Source of the DNA: a virus
Taxonomy: Duplodnaviria; Caudoviricetes
Virus record (IMG/VR): IMGVR_UViG_3300033076_001194
Coordinates: 1-55,990 of that record
DNA: 55,990 bases
Direction: 5' to 3' (one strand)
Below are positions 55,846 through 55,990 of this stretch, piece by piece; the stretch's first letter is position 1; each line of letters opens with the position of its first letter. The notes beneath the pieces were generated by a model. It was not told the origin of the DNA. It saw nothing but the letters and a program-made list of their open reading frames with translations, and did no database searches. A program made the position numbers and the translations under genes.

Positions 55846-55990
55846 TGGTAGTCAGGACAGGATTCGAACCTGCAAATACACTTGAATTCTTCCTAAATGA
55901 TGTTCTCCATCAATCTACCGTTATCGTTAATGGATTCAAACCATTCAACTCTTGTAGTATCGGTTTTTACTTAGTGTAGTGTCTACCATT
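55846..55990 (-). ncRNA. tRNA-like RNA with a 90-nt structured insert in place of the anticodon loop (5' end outside the window)
   Basis: Minus strand AATGGTAGACAC (D-loop-like), TACACT-[90 nt]-AGTGTA, TT, GCAGG-TTCGAAT-CCTGT (T arm), CCTGACT-A-CCA. Confidence 0.7.

Noticed and set aside
1-55990. Stop-codon reassignment as seen in some large Bacteroidota phages
   Set aside because: Genes are intact and densely packed under the standard code; TAG (37411, 53786, 54868) and TGA (35679) end genes at sensible boundaries.
55846-55990. tmRNA or group I intron-containing tRNA
   Set aside because: No alanine identity pair, and the 90-nt insert is far too short for either; kept as an unexplained tRNA-like RNA.

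Overview
AT-rich 56-kb segment of a large T4-like (myovirus-type) phage genome. Essentially all real genes lie on the minus strand. In transcription order (right to left) it carries: a truncated tRNA-like RNA and a CAU-anticodon tRNA; small genes; an HD hydrolase and a gp55-like late sigma factor; a baseplate block (gp5-like, gp25, gp6, large wedge protein); a GIY-YIG nuclease, primase and PD-(D/E)xK exonuclease; about 11 kb of probable head-internal proteins, including two Pol-beta-like nucleotidyltransferases (one inside a 1051-aa multi-enzyme protein), a ferritin and a HiPIP-like protein; terminase, portal, prohead protease, scaffold and major capsid protein; PhoH; and a tail-fibre/adhesin block. 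TTG-N20-TAnnTTT-type promoters and the lack of Shine-Dalgarno motifs point to a Bacteroidota host (inference). Highlights: (1) a tRNA-shaped RNA whose anticodon loop is replaced by a structured 90-nt insert; (2) enzymes with shared N-terminal leaders and L-x-E sites, suggesting capsid-packaged, protease-processed cargo; (3) a recurring late-promoter motif TATTTATA, the reverse complement of the T4 late promoter, often exactly 4 nt before ATG; (4) strong [ST]-G-S enrichment in outer virion proteins, possibly a modification sequon. All calls come from motif recognition by eye; no searches were run.
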